Shown piece by piece: positions 56,527 to 64,000 of a DNA stretch of 64,000 bases. The notes under the pieces were generated by a model, which saw only the letters and a program-made list of their open reading frames with translations, had not been told where the DNA came from and ran no database searches. The stretch spans positions 204,949 to 268,948 of the forward strand of contig CAVURJ010000001.1 of NCBI GenBank assembly GCA_963743885.1, written 5' to 3'. Position 1 is the first letter of the stretch, and every line of letters starts with the position of its first letter. The DNA comes from Candidatus Moraniibacteriota bacterium. GTDB taxonomy: Bacteria; Patescibacteriota; Minisyncoccia; Moranbacterales; UBA1568. The translations under genes were made by a program, and so were the position numbers.

Positions 56527-57075
56527 ATGAATATTCCAGCGGCGCTCATGTTCGTTGATCCAGAAACGATTGTTCGCGAGCTCCCTATTGAATCAGGTGA
56601 TCAGGCGGCCGATTTCGGCTGCGGTTCAGGATACTTTTCCATAGAATTCGCCAAACGCGTCGGATCGGATGGTACGGTGTATTCGTTCGATGTGCTCCCG
56701 TCGGCGCTCGAAGCGGTGGCGAGTCGCGCCAAGTCGCTCGGTCTTTCCAATATCCTGACTCGTCGTGTGAATCTGGAGACCGAAAAGGGGACCGGGCTGG
56801 ATGCTTCTGCTGTCGACTGGGTCGTCATCAAAGACATGCTGTTTCAGAATCAGCGCAAAGGAGCGATTCTTAAGGAAGCAGCGCGTGTTCTCAGGCCTGG
56901 CGGCCGGGCATTCATTATGGAATGGCATCCCAATCAGTCGCTTGTCGGACCAGAAAGGGATATCAGGGTGTCGCCGGATGAGCTTCAGTCGCTAATCAGC
57001 CAGTCCGGGCTCGTGTTTGAAAAAGAGGTGCGGACAGGAGGATTCCACTACGCTGTTCTCGTGAAGAAACCATAG
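56527..57075 (+). CDS. Class I SAM-dependent methyltransferase
   Basis: ADFGCGSGYF and EAARVLRPGG. Confidence 0.85.
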   Translation: MNIPAALMFVDPETIVRELPIESGDQAADFGCGSGYFSIEFAKRVGSDGTVYSFDVLPSALEAVASRAKSLGLSNILTRRVNLETEKGTGLDASAVDWVVIKDMLFQNQRKGAILKEAARVLRPGGRAFIMEWHPNQSLVGPERDIRVSPDELQSLISQSGLVFEKEVRTGGFHYAVLVKKP

Positions 57076-57076
57076 T

Positions 57077-58474
57077 ATGTCTCGCTATATGCGCAAAGCC
57101 GTCGCTGCTTGTTCGGTTCTCTTCGCATCTTTCATGTTGTCTGGATGTGGTTTTAGGGACTCTGCTCCTGAAGGATATGCGGTTGATCTTGAGATTTGGG
57201 GGGTATTCGATGATAGCGACGCGTATACTGATGTTTTCAATGCATATCGCCAACTGAATCCATATGTACGTGATCTGCATTATCGCAAGATGCCGGCTGA
57301 GACGTACAAGGAGGATCTGCTTGACGCGCTCGCTTCCGGCAAGGGGCCGGATATCTTCATGATTCGAAATTCATGGCGCAAATCCTTCGAGGATAAGACT
57401 GTGCCTGCCCCAGAGGGATTGTTGACGGAGAAGCGTTTCCGGGATGCGTTAGTAGATACTGCCGCGGATGATTTTGTCGGGAGCGATGGGAAGATCTACG
57501 GTCTGCCGGTATCAGTCGATTCGCTTGCGTTGTATTACAATAAGGATATCTTGAACGCTGCCGGCATCACTCAGCCTCCGGCTACATGGGAAGAGGTTTT
57601 GTCGGCTGCTAAGAAGATAAGCCGCGTCGATGATTATGGGAATGTCATCAGATCGGGAATCGCCATCGGGACAGCGTATAATATCAACCGCTCGACAGAC
57701 ATTCTTGCGGCAATGATGATGCAGCTCGGCAGCCCGATGATAAATAAGCAGAGCGGAATGGCGGAATTTTCTGATGAAAAGGGCCGAAAAGCACTCGAGT
57801 TCTATCTCCAGTTTGCGAATGCTGGATCAGGATCGTACTCCTGGAACCCATTCATGCACTATTCTATCGATGCCTTCTACGAAGGAACGCTTGGCATGAT
57901 GGTCAATTATTCCTGGCAGTACGCGACGCTCAAGCAGAAGAATGCCAAGCTTAATATCGGTGTGGCACCGTTGCCGCAGTTCGTCGGCACCCAACCGGTC
58001 AATATCGCTAACTATTGGGGTTATGCGGTTGCGAAGAATAAGCAGTATCAGGCACCGATCGGTCAAGAGAATGCTCCCGTCAATCTGGCGCAGTGGGATT
58101 ATCTCCGTATCCATGAAGCATGGCAATTCCTTTCGTATTTTGCGTTACCGCATGAAAATAATACCATGACGTTCGTCAATGGATTGGCGGGGACATCCAA
58201 GCCGCTTATCCTTCAGTCTGATCCTGCCGGTGTTTATCTCAAGAAAACTGGTAAGCCAGCTGCTCGTCGCGATCTCATTGAGACCCAGAAGGATGATCTG
58301 GTATTGGCGCCGTTCGCTGAGGGGAATCTTATTGCGAAGAATTGGTATCAGGGGAATACCGAAGCCGTTGAGGGGATCATGGCTGAAATGATAGATACGC
58401 TAAACCGTGGTGCGAGCGGCGTGTACGAGGCTTTGTCTGTTGCTATCAATCGAATAAATCTTCTCAGACGCTGA
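57077..58474 (+). CDS. Extracellular solute-binding lipoprotein (sugar ABC family)
   Basis: Lipobox LSGC; LASGKGPDIF, LALYYNKD and PPATWEE. Confidence 0.85.
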   Translation: MSRYMRKAVAACSVLFASFMLSGCGFRDSAPEGYAVDLEIWGVFDDSDAYTDVFNAYRQLNPYVRDLHYRKMPAETYKEDLLDALASGKGPDIFMIRNSWRKSFEDKTVPAPEGLLTEKRFRDALVDTAADDFVGSDGKIYGLPVSVDSLALYYNKDILNAAGITQPPATWEEVLSAAKKISRVDDYGNVIRSGIAIGTAYNINRSTDILAAMMMQLGSPMINKQSGMAEFSDEKGRKALEFYLQFANAGSGSYSWNPFMHYSIDAFYEGTLGMMVNYSWQYATLKQKNAKLNIGVAPLPQFVGTQPVNIANYWGYAVAKNKQYQAPIGQENAPVNLAQWDYLRIHEAWQFLSYFALPHENNTMTFVNGLAGTSKPLILQSDPAGVYLKKTGKPAARRDLIETQKDDLVLAPFAEGNLIAKNWYQGNTEAVEGIMAEMIDTLNRGASGVYEALSVAINRINLLRR

Positions 58475-58656
58475 CAGATCCTTTCTCTTGACGATAGCCA
58501 CTAGATAGGGTATGATTTTGTAACCCTGATCAAGGCGTTCCCGCGCCTTTTTTGGTTCCGAATAGGAATCATCCTGTTATCGACTCCGAGGTCGTTGAGA
58601 TTCGAGGAAAGCTTGTCGAAGGGCTCTAAATTTTTTGAACTGTATTTAGTTAGAAT

Positions 58657-58689
58657 ATGGAAATTAGGAATATCGCTATTATTGCGCAC
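58657..58689 (+). pseudogene. Relic duplicate of the typA 5' end ([11 protein letters not shown])
   Basis: Same 11 aa as the typA start with different codons; followed by a palindromic insert. Confidence 0.8.
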
Positions 58690-58750
58690 CCCAGCACTAC
58701 AACGCTTTGCGTTGAGTGCGGGGCAGGCGTCTTTTATTGCTACTAAATAT

Positions 58751-60538
58751 ATGGAGATTAGAAACATTGCAATTATTGCTCATGTAGATCATGGGAAGAC
58801 CACGCTAACTGATGCTTTGATGCGCCAGACTGGTATGGTGACCGCTGAGGGTGTGTCGATGGATTCGAACGCGCTCGAGCGTGAGCGTGGCATCACGATC
58901 TACGCCAAGAACGCCTCGCTCAATTACAAGGATACGAAGATCAATATCGTCGATACCCCGGGACACGCCGACTTCGGATCGGAAGTGGAACGTGTGCTTC
59001 GCTCGATCGACTCGGTCGTGCTCGTCGTTGATGCGCAGGAAGGCCCGATGCCACAGACCCGCTTCGTGCTCAAGAAGTCGCTTGAGCTTGGACTCCGACC
59101 AATGGTCGTGATCAACAAGATCGACAAGCCGGCGGCCCGCCCGGAAGAGGTGAAGGAGATGGTGTTTGAACTTTTCCTCGATCTCGGTGCGACCGATGAG
59201 CAGCTTGATTTCAAGGTGGTCTATGCGATCGCCCGCCAGGGTATCGCGAAACTCACGCTTGAGGAAGAGGGGAAAGATCTGTCGCCGCTTCTTGATACGA
59301 TCCTTGAATGCGTGCCGGCTGCAGCGCATGATATTGAAGCGCCGCTCCGCGCTCAGCCGTTCAACCTCGGCTATGACAATTTCGTCGGTCGTCTGGCCAT
59401 CGCGCGCATCTACGAGGGGAAGATGAGGGTGAATGATCAGGTGCTGATTCGTCATATCTCAGGGAAAAGCGAATCCGGCCGCATCGTGAAACTTTTCACA
59501 TTCCGCGGACTGGAACGCGTCGAGACGGAAGAGGTGCAGGCGGGCGACATCGCGATGATCGCGGGTCTCACCGGCATCGAGATCGGCGATACGATTTGCG
59601 TGTCTCCAGAGCAGGAACTCCTGCCGGTGATCGCGATCGATGAGCCGACTATTTCCCTCAATTTCGTCGTCAATGACTCGCCGTTCGCCGGGCGCGAGGG
59701 CAAGTTCGTCACCAACAAGCAGCTTCGCGAGCGGCTTGAAAAGGAGCTTGAGATCAATGTCGGCCTCAAGATCGATTTTTCTGATGATCATTACAAGGTC
59801 TATGGCCGCGGCGAGTTGCATGTCGCTATCCTCCTCGAGAATATGCGCCGCGAAGGATATGAAGTCCAGGTCTCCCAGCCGCAGGTCATCATCAAGGATA
59901 TCGACGGCGTGAAGTCGGAACCGTTCGAGGAAGTGACGGTCGAGTGCCCGATGGAGGTCTCCGGTACGGTCATTGAGAAGATGGGCAAAAGGAAGGGTAT
60001 CATGATGGAGATGAAAGAAGGCTCCGGCGGCTATACTCGCCTCATCTTCGAGGTGCCGACCCGCGGGCTCCTCGGTTATCGTGGCGAGTTCATGGTGGAC
60101 ACCCGCGGCGAGGGGACGCTCTATACCCGCGTGCTCGGTTTCCGGCCGTATGCCGGCGAGGTCAAGAAGCGCGATACCGGATCAATGGTCTCGATGGCGA
60201 CCGGCAAGGCGCTCGCCTTTTCTCTCAACAATCTCCAGGAGCGCGGTGTGCTCTATGTCGCTCCTTCGACGGAAGTCTATGAAGGTATGGTGGTTGGCAA
60301 TGTGACCAAGGGGACCGATATGTCGGTCAATCCGATCAAGGGTAAGGCGATGAGCAACATGCGTTCGTCGGGCGCGGATGAAGCCATCAAGCTCGTGCCG
60401 CCGATCGAGATCACTATCGAGCGTGGTCTCGAGATCATGCTCGAAGACGAATACTTGGAGATTACTCCGCACAACGTCCGCCTGAGAAAACAGCTTCTTA
60501 CCGAGACTGACCGAGTGAAATCAGCTCGTAAGAAATGA
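58751..60538 (+). CDS. typA: Translational GTPase TypA/BipA
   Basis: [42 protein letters not shown] and GRGELH. Confidence 0.97.
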   Translation: MEIRNIAIIAHVDHGKTTLTDALMRQTGMVTAEGVSMDSNALERERGITIYAKNASLNYKDTKINIVDTPGHADFGSEVERVLRSIDSVVLVVDAQEGPMPQTRFVLKKSLELGLRPMVVINKIDKPAARPEEVKEMVFELFLDLGATDEQLDFKVVYAIARQGIAKLTLEEEGKDLSPLLDTILECVPAAAHDIEAPLRAQPFNLGYDNFVGRLAIARIYEGKMRVNDQVLIRHISGKSESGRIVKLFTFRGLERVETEEVQAGDIAMIAGLTGIEIGDTICVSPEQELLPVIAIDEPTISLNFVVNDSPFAGREGKFVTNKQLRERLEKELEINVGLKIDFSDDHYKVYGRGELHVAILLENMRREGYEVQVSQPQVIIKDIDGVKSEPFEEVTVECPMEVSGTVIEKMGKRKGIMMEMKEGSGGYTRLIFEVPTRGLLGYRGEFMVDTRGEGTLYTRVLGFRPYAGEVKKRDTGSMVSMATGKALAFSLNNLQERGVLYVAPSTEVYEGMVVGNVTKGTDMSVNPIKGKAMSNMRSSGADEAIKLVPPIEITIERGLEIMLEDEYLEITPHNVRLRKQLLTETDRVKSARKK

Positions 60539-60543
60539 ACGGG

Positions 60544-60627
60544 CAGCTTCCCGCCCGTATCGCTACGCGAAGCGTGGCGGGCGGGCTTACTGAAACCGAC
60601 CGCGTGAAGGCGGGCCGGAAGAAATGA
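60544..60627 (+). pseudogene. Relic duplicate of the typA 3' end (QL[insert][13 protein letters not shown])
   Basis: Matches typ[16 protein letters not shown] with synonymous differences; 36-bp palindrome inserted at 60550-60585. Confidence 0.8.
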
Positions 60628-60679
60628 GGTAAGAGACAAGAGGCATGAGTATCGTGCCGCGTCCCCAGAAGGGGCGCGG

Positions 60680-60717
<38 letters not shown>

Positions 60718-60843
60718 CTTATCTCTTATGTCTTACCTCTTGCTTCTTCTTTTAATCTTACCTCATACCCCATCTCCAATCCCGTGGTATACTAAAAACA
60801 TATCATCATAGCTAAGAAATTTTTGGTTACGAACTTTCTTTTC

Positions 60844-60922
60844 TGTCATCCCCGCGAAGGCGGGGATCCAGAAGAATGCCTTATTATGAGGAACTTGGAT
60901 TCCCGCCTTCGCGGGAATGACA
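60844..60922. repeat. REP-like inverted pair TGTCATCCCCGCGAAGGCGGGGATCCA...TGGATTCCCGCCTTCGCGGGAATGACA
   Basis: Same family as 1115-1216. Confidence 0.8.
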
Positions 60923-60966
60923 ACTACAAACGTAGTTTCGTAATTGAAGCAGGAAAACAATAGAAT

Positions 60967-61248
60967 ATGGAAAGCCTATCCTTCGTGGCAGTCGTGCATG
61001 CTGGATCAATCAGCGATGCGCCGAGAGTAGTGACGCTTTTCGGTAACGTCCTTGACTTTCTGTTGTCGATTGCCGGCATCATTGGTATAATTGCGTTGGT
61101 AGTCGCCGGCAGTCTCTATCTTACTGCGGGCGGGGACGTGCGCCGCATCGCGCTTGCCAAGCGAGCTGCTGTTGCGGCAATTGTTGGTGTTGCTGTTGTT
61201 TTTAGCGCGTGGATTATCATCGGTCAGATAGTGGCATTCTTCGTTTAG
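60967..61248 (+). CDS. TrbC/VirB2-type pilin
   Basis: Two TMs around YLTAGGD...AK.. Confidence 0.75.
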   Translation: MESLSFVAVVHAGSISDAPRVVTLFGNVLDFLLSIAGIIGIIALVVAGSLYLTAGGDVRRIALAKRAAVAAIVGVAVVFSAWIIIGQIVAFFV

Positions 61249-61291
61249 AAGATGTCCGATAACATACAAAACGAGAAAGGAGGTGAGAACT

Positions 61292-61660
61292 ATGAATTAT
61301 TTCAAGAACGCTCTCTACACGGCTTTCTCAGTCGCTTTGGCCGCCGTTCCGGCAGTCGCGAGCGCTCAGTGGGGCATTGGCAAAAGCAATGCAGCCGCTT
61401 CCGGACTGCCTGATGATACCATCTACGGGATCATCAATAGGACTATGAACTGGCTCCTCATGATCCTCGGTTTCATCGGCATCATCGGCTTCGTCATCGC
61501 TGGCATCCTGTATCTCACCGCCGCCGGAGACGAAGATCAGATTGGCAAGGCGAAGACTGCCATGATGTATTCCATCATCGGCATCATCGTCGCTCTCATG
61601 GGTTTCGTCATCATCAGAGCTGTCGAAAGCTGGCTCTCTGCAGGCGCATTCACTTTCTAG
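61292..61660 (+). CDS. TrbC/VirB2-type pilin, copy A
   Basis: Signal peptide; YLTAAGDEDQIGKAK; RBS AAAGGAGGTGA. Confidence 0.85.
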   Translation: MNYFKNALYTAFSVALAAVPAVASAQWGIGKSNAAASGLPDDTIYGIINRTMNWLLMILGFIGIIGFVIAGILYLTAAGDEDQIGKAKTAMMYSIIGIIVALMGFVIIRAVESWLSAGAFTF

Positions 61661-61803
61661 TACAGGAAGTCTCTGTGAAAGCTCTCCCGCCCTTTCGGGC
61701 GGGATTGTTTTTTGTCTTAGAAAGGGGTATCCTGAAGAGAGGAATCTTAATGGGGTGTTTCGACACGCCGGATAAAATACAAACCGGAAAGGAGGTGAGA
61801 AGT

Positions 61804-62172
61804 ATGAACTTCATCAAGAACGCCATGTACGCTGCTTTTGCAGCTGCTTTGGCTGTCACTCCATCCGTAGCGGGTGCACAGTGGGCCGCTGGAAAGGCCA
61901 ACGCGGCCGCTTCCGGACTCCCGAACGATACCATCTACGGGATCATCAATAGGACTATGAACTGGCTCCTCATGATCCTCGGTTTCATCGGCATCATCGG
62001 CTTCGTCATCGCTGGCATCCTGTATCTCACCGCCGCCGGAGACGAAGATCAGATTGGCAAGGCGAAGACTGCCATGATGTATTCCATCATCGGCATCATC
62101 GTCGCTCTCATGGGTTTCGTCATCATCAGAGCTGTCGAAAGCTGGCTCTCTGCAGGCGCATTCACTTTCTAG
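61804..62172 (+). CDS. TrbC/VirB2-type pilin, copy B
   Basis: C-terminal part identical to copy A; diverged N-terminus. Confidence 0.85.
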   Translation: MNFIKNAMYAAFAAALAVTPSVAGAQWAAGKANAAASGLPNDTIYGIINRTMNWLLMILGFIGIIGFVIAGILYLTAAGDEDQIGKAKTAMMYSIIGIIVALMGFVIIRAVESWLSAGAFTF

Positions 62173-62282
62173 TACAGGAAGTCTCTGTGAAAGCTCTCCC
62201 GCCCTTTCGGGCGGGATTGTTTTTTGTCTTAGAAAGGGGTATCCTGAAAGAAATGGGGGTAGGTATATTTATATAAAAAATA

Positions 62283-63113
62283 ATGTCTATGGCGCGCGCT
62301 TTTCGCATGTCGGCATTTTTGGCAGTTTTGTCGCTAGCGGGTTTTCCGTTGTCGTTGGTATCCGCTCAGCAGCCAGGAGGGACTTCTGGGGAAGATTGTA
62401 CGGGTATGGGGACAGGGTATTTCTGTACCCCGATGCTTACATGCAATGGTACCAATGAGATAAAATCAGTGAGCGGATGTTCCAAATCTGAAGATGCATG
62501 CTGCGGACCAAAAGCAAGCGGAGGCACCGACTCGGGATCTTCATCGAGCGGTGGTTCATCTTCGTCATCCTCTGGTGCTTCTAGTGGAGGGGTGGCTTGC
62601 ACGGTTGCTCCGTATGGGAAAGTCGGCATATGTGGCGGTTCGACGTGCGCCGGTATCGCGGCGGCTGACGCTGTATGTGGTGCGTGGCCGGCGAATAAAT
62701 GTTGTTATATCGCTAGCTCCGGAGGCGCTTCTTCAGGAGGCGCTCTTGGTGGCGGAGCTTCCAGCTCCGGAGGAGGTGCCGCCGCCGCAGGAGTCGATTG
62801 TCCTGGCGGCATCATCAAGGGTGGCGTGTGTTTTCCTGGTGGTACCGGGCTGCCTGATCCGGTGGGCGGGATAGGCGAAGTGCTGATGAACCTTATGGAT
62901 TGGTTGCTCGGTATCTTCGGCATGCTCGCTGTCATCGCGTTTGTCATTTCGGGCATTCAGTATCTTCTTGCAGCCGGTGACGAACGTCAGGCCGAGACGG
63001 CGAAGCGAAATATGAAGTATTCCATCATCGGTATCGCGGTGGCGCTTTCGGCATATATCATCATCGACGCGATCAGCTGCATGTTCGGTTCCGGAGGATT
63101 CTTTATCTGTTGA
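62283..63113 (+). CDS. Pilin with Cys-rich, Gly/Ser-linked N-terminal modules
   Basis: Signal peptide, modules ending in CC, C-terminal YLLAAGDERQAETAK pilin domain. Confidence 0.8.
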   Translation: MSMARAFRMSAFLAVLSLAGFPLSLVSAQQPGGTSGEDCTGMGTGYFCTPMLTCNGTNEIKSVSGCSKSEDACCGPKASGGTDSGSSSSGGSSSSSSGASSGGVACTVAPYGKVGICGGSTCAGIAAADAVCGAWPANKCCYIASSGGASSGGALGGGASSSGGGAAAAGVDCPGGIIKGGVCFPGGTGLPDPVGGIGEVLMNLMDWLLGIFGMLAVIAFVISGIQYLLAAGDERQAETAKRNMKYSIIGIAVALSAYIIIDAISCMFGSGGFFIC

Positions 63114-63126
63114 ATCTCGGATTCTT

Positions 63127-63756
63127 ATGGCAATAGCGCGATATAGCCGCATCGTACTCGTCTTTGCTGCAGGGCTCCTTTTCCTCGGGATGGTTCTGTC
63201 GGCTATGCCGGTTGGCGCGCAGATATCCGGCAGCTCGACGACGATTAGTTTCGGTAAGCCAATAACAAGCGAGTCTATCGAGGATGCGACGAGTACTGTG
63301 CTTTCGACGATACGTGCCGTCATCGTCGTTCTCGCGGTCGTTTTCATCGTTATCGGCGCCGTGTTGTATGTTACTTCCGCTGGCAATGAGGACCGTATGA
63401 GGACCGCCAAGGGCGCGATTACTGCCGCTATGGTCGGTCTTGCGCTCGGTCTGGCAGCCCCGTCTTTCCTTAAGGAAATCGGCGGAGCGCTCGGCTGGAG
63501 CGGTGCTATTGTAAGCGACCCAAGCGTTCGGACGCTTTCCGATATCGCGCGGAGCACACTCAACTTTTTCCTCTCTATCGTAGGTATCCTTTCGGTTATC
63601 ATGCTTGTCGTCGGCGGGGCGGCATATCTTACTGCTGCCGGAGATGAGAGCCGGGCTGAGACAGCCAAGAAGATTGTCAAATGGGCGATTGTCGGTATCG
63701 CGGTCACATTCGCTTCGCTCACTATTGTCACCCAGGTGGCGATGTTGCTCGTCTAG
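63127..63756 (+). CDS. Tandem double TrbC/VirB2-type pilin
   Basis: YVTSAGNE..AK and YLTAAGDE..AK repeats. Confidence 0.8.
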   Translation: MAIARYSRIVLVFAAGLLFLGMVLSAMPVGAQISGSSTTISFGKPITSESIEDATSTVLSTIRAVIVVLAVVFIVIGAVLYVTSAGNEDRMRTAKGAITAAMVGLALGLAAPSFLKEIGGALGWSGAIVSDPSVRTLSDIARSTLNFFLSIVGILSVIMLVVGGAAYLTAAGDESRAETAKKIVKWAIVGIAVTFASLTIVTQVAMLLV

Positions 63757-63830
63757 GAGCTGTCGGTTTGTAGAGAAAAAAGAAAGCGGGCGGCTACGAT
63801 GTTCCGTAGCGCCCGCTTGTCGTTTGCTGC

Positions 63831-64000
63831 TTACTGCCGCAACCGTTCGATGTCGGCTGTGACCATCCCACGACTTCCGTTGAGGTAGGCCTTGTTCGGC
63901 GGGAGGTTGATCCCGCACGGACGAACCCGTTCGGTTTTCGTCAGCGTGAACGTCTCGCCTTTCCACGACTCCACGATGATTCCGGTGCCGACCCGCGTGA
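63831..64000 (-). CDS. 3' end of a hypothetical protein (partial)
   Basis: Open frame ...GIIVESWKGETF...ADIERLRQ* ending next to a hairpin at 63784-63819. Confidence 0.45.
   Translation of the reverse strand, partial: TRVGTGIIVESWKGETFTLTKTERVRPCGINLPPNKAYLNGSRGMVTADIERLRQ

Noticed and set aside
58595-58750. N-terminal extension of TypA (likewise PcrA 1418-1537, NadE 26753-26860, CoaD 7797-7889)
   Set aside because: ORF-caller extensions; family homology and RBS positions indicate the downstream ATGs

Overview
This 64-kb window looks like a Patescibacteria (CPR, Parcubacteria-like) chromosome. That is inferred from the PrgI/VirB4/VirB6-like cluster, the tandem TrbC/VirB2-type pilins, the single Xer-type recombinase, the PaaX/Cas2-like gene and the dense small palindromic repeats. 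Core genes are pcrA, xer, LysM-CHAP, cca, infB, typA and tRNA-Leu/Pro/Ser. About 5.4-31.2 kb is a large nucleotide-cofactor island holding an apparently complete NAD salvage set (pncA, pncB, nadE, pnuC, nadR, NadM-like, NUDIX) and its regulator NrtR. NrtR-type operators (AGTGT-N7-ACACT) overlap three promoters. One of these drives pncA-vWA-PP2C-kinase (TerY-P-like), which links a putative defence/signalling module to NAD/ADP-ribose status. The island also has a coaD-coaE fusion translationally coupled to a second kinase-vWA pair, and an array of defence/TA cassettes (AbiV, Panacea TA, KilA-N, HTH-Doc, Fic) separated by ~80-150-bp direct repeats. A second theme runs across the window: diverged duplicate gene ends or terminators (pcrA 3', typA 5' and 3', tRNA-Ser, tRNA-Pro, LysM terminator) bracket accessory DNA. 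Several families of palindromic mini-elements occur, one flanking a PaaX/Cas2-like gene. No CRISPR array or rRNA was seen. All product calls come from motif recognition, not database searches.
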